This document shows, piece by piece, positions 62,757 through 64,000 of a stretch of DNA of 64,000 nt. The stretch comes from Gnetum montanum. Its lineage: Eukaryota; Plantae; Gnetophyta. Below the pieces are notes generated by a model. It worked only from the letters and a program-made list of their open reading frames with translations, had not been told where the DNA came from and ran no database searches. The stretch spans positions 62,001 through 126,000 of the forward strand of contig MNCI01003135.1 in the NCBI GenBank assembly GCA_015680685.1, in the 5' to 3' direction. Within the stretch, counting starts at the first letter, position 1. Each line of letters starts with the position of its first letter. The position numbers and the translations under genes were made by a program.

Positions 62757-64000
62757 TGATGAGTTGTATTTTCTAGGACGCATCAATGAGGCCTTGTCGA
62801 TGTGACACCATCAATGCAACCATGTCGACATGGGATTTGATGTGTTGATGTGGCATCATTAACACAATGTCTATTTTGCCTATAAATACATGCTCATGCA
62901 TCATGTTTATGACAATCTTTGTCATGGTTGTAGCGAAGCTCTTGTAGTTTTGTCATTTGAAAGTTAGAATATTTTTCTAAGTGCCTACAGTAGGAGCCAA
63001 AAAGGGTATAGATGTTTATTCTAGCACTATTGTACCTGATCATGGTAGTGTCTATGGAAATAAAGATGAGAAATTAATTGTTTATTTATGCATTTAGTGT
63101 TTTATGTAATTCTCTTTAATGCTTTAAGTAATTAAATAATAAATTAATCTAAATTAAGCTAGATTAAATAGTGATTATTTAAGCAAATAAATGTGACCAC
63201 TTCAAGCATACACTTGGCACTTCGTAATCCTAGCAACATTTAATGTTTGATACCCTAGTAACATTAAACATGTTTAGGATGTGTATGACAAGTGGGAGTA
63301 GATACTTAAGTTAGGATTAGTTAGGCATGGCTAGTTAAGATAAAAACATAAAACATAAAAATAATAAAAATCATATGCCTCAATTGCACTTACCCATACC
63401 TTTGAAATTTCACAAGTGTAATTGGGAAGATAATGATTGTAGTAGTTAGTTTTACTTCCTAGAGACCAGTGTGCTTAGATGACTATAAGTCCATGGAATT
63501 TGATTGGAATGCACATGAATGCTTAGTGATTCATATGGTTGGGTGTAGGGTCTACTCATCACTCATCATTGGTATTGTTGTTTGGGACTTATAGTTTGAT
63601 ACATGCACTATCTAGGAATTAGTGAATATTATTTAGGATGATTGAAATGAATCTTAAGGTCACAATCATTTGAAAATAATAATAACTATAATTATAATTT
63701 AAGCACACTAATTTTTTCTCTAATCCAAAATATCTTCTTCTCACAAGCATGATGAATTAAAACTTCTAGTGCCCCAAGAATTGAAAGTGATGTACACTCA
63801 TCCACATGAGTTTGTACCTAATTTCACCTTCATCTTGCATTAGAATGAGTAGCTATAGTGGAGAGATATGAAGGGCAATGTTGTATTTCCTCCTGATTGA
63901 TCTATTCCTAGGATGCTTCTCCTAACTCTTATGAGGTTGGGAATCCAGGATCTCTATGGTGAATATGTTTTGTTGGACCATGACTATTGGGACTACTGTC
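62757..64000 (+). mobile_element. Element F: Athila-like 5' LTR (62757-63568), PBS and start of the internal region; runs off the window
   Basis: TGATGAG...CTCATCA; LTR similar to C; degenerate tRNA-Asp PBS TGGTATTGTTGTTTGGGAC at 63570-63588. Confidence 0.82.

Overview
AT-rich, CpG/CHG-depleted land-plant nuclear DNA (draft assembly with N gaps) made almost entirely of decayed, nested transposable elements. No intact host protein-coding gene could be supported. Left to right: a degenerate CRM-like Ty3/gypsy pol (1-2990); a CpG-retaining, possibly spliced island (4640-6330); an intron-containing hAT/DUF659 transposase pseudogene (minus); and five Athila-like elements, labelled A, B, C, E and F. 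A (8642-14402, +) and B (19476-38663, -, TSD ACTAT) carry gag and ORF2 but no pol. C (about 26831-36899, +) has gag-pol and ORF2 and is nested in B. E (minus, oldest) is split by B and D. F starts at 62757. D (39982-61413, +) is a Tat/Ogre-like element with a solo-LTR-like insert in its 5' LTR. The most unusual feature is inside D. Its RT is missing, and between protease and RNase H lie an antisense gene of about 8 exons (about 1000 codons, decayed) and an array of 13 copies of a 24-bp palindrome (inferred ancestor GGACTACGCTGGCCAGCGTAGTCC) at 192-bp spacing, deviating only by about one helical turn. Half-sites of the palindrome also occur in D's LTRs and leader. I propose, as an untested hypothesis, an accessory protein with cognate DNA sites (analogous to VANC anti-silencing) in an LTR retrotransposon. 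All coordinates and alignments were read by eye.
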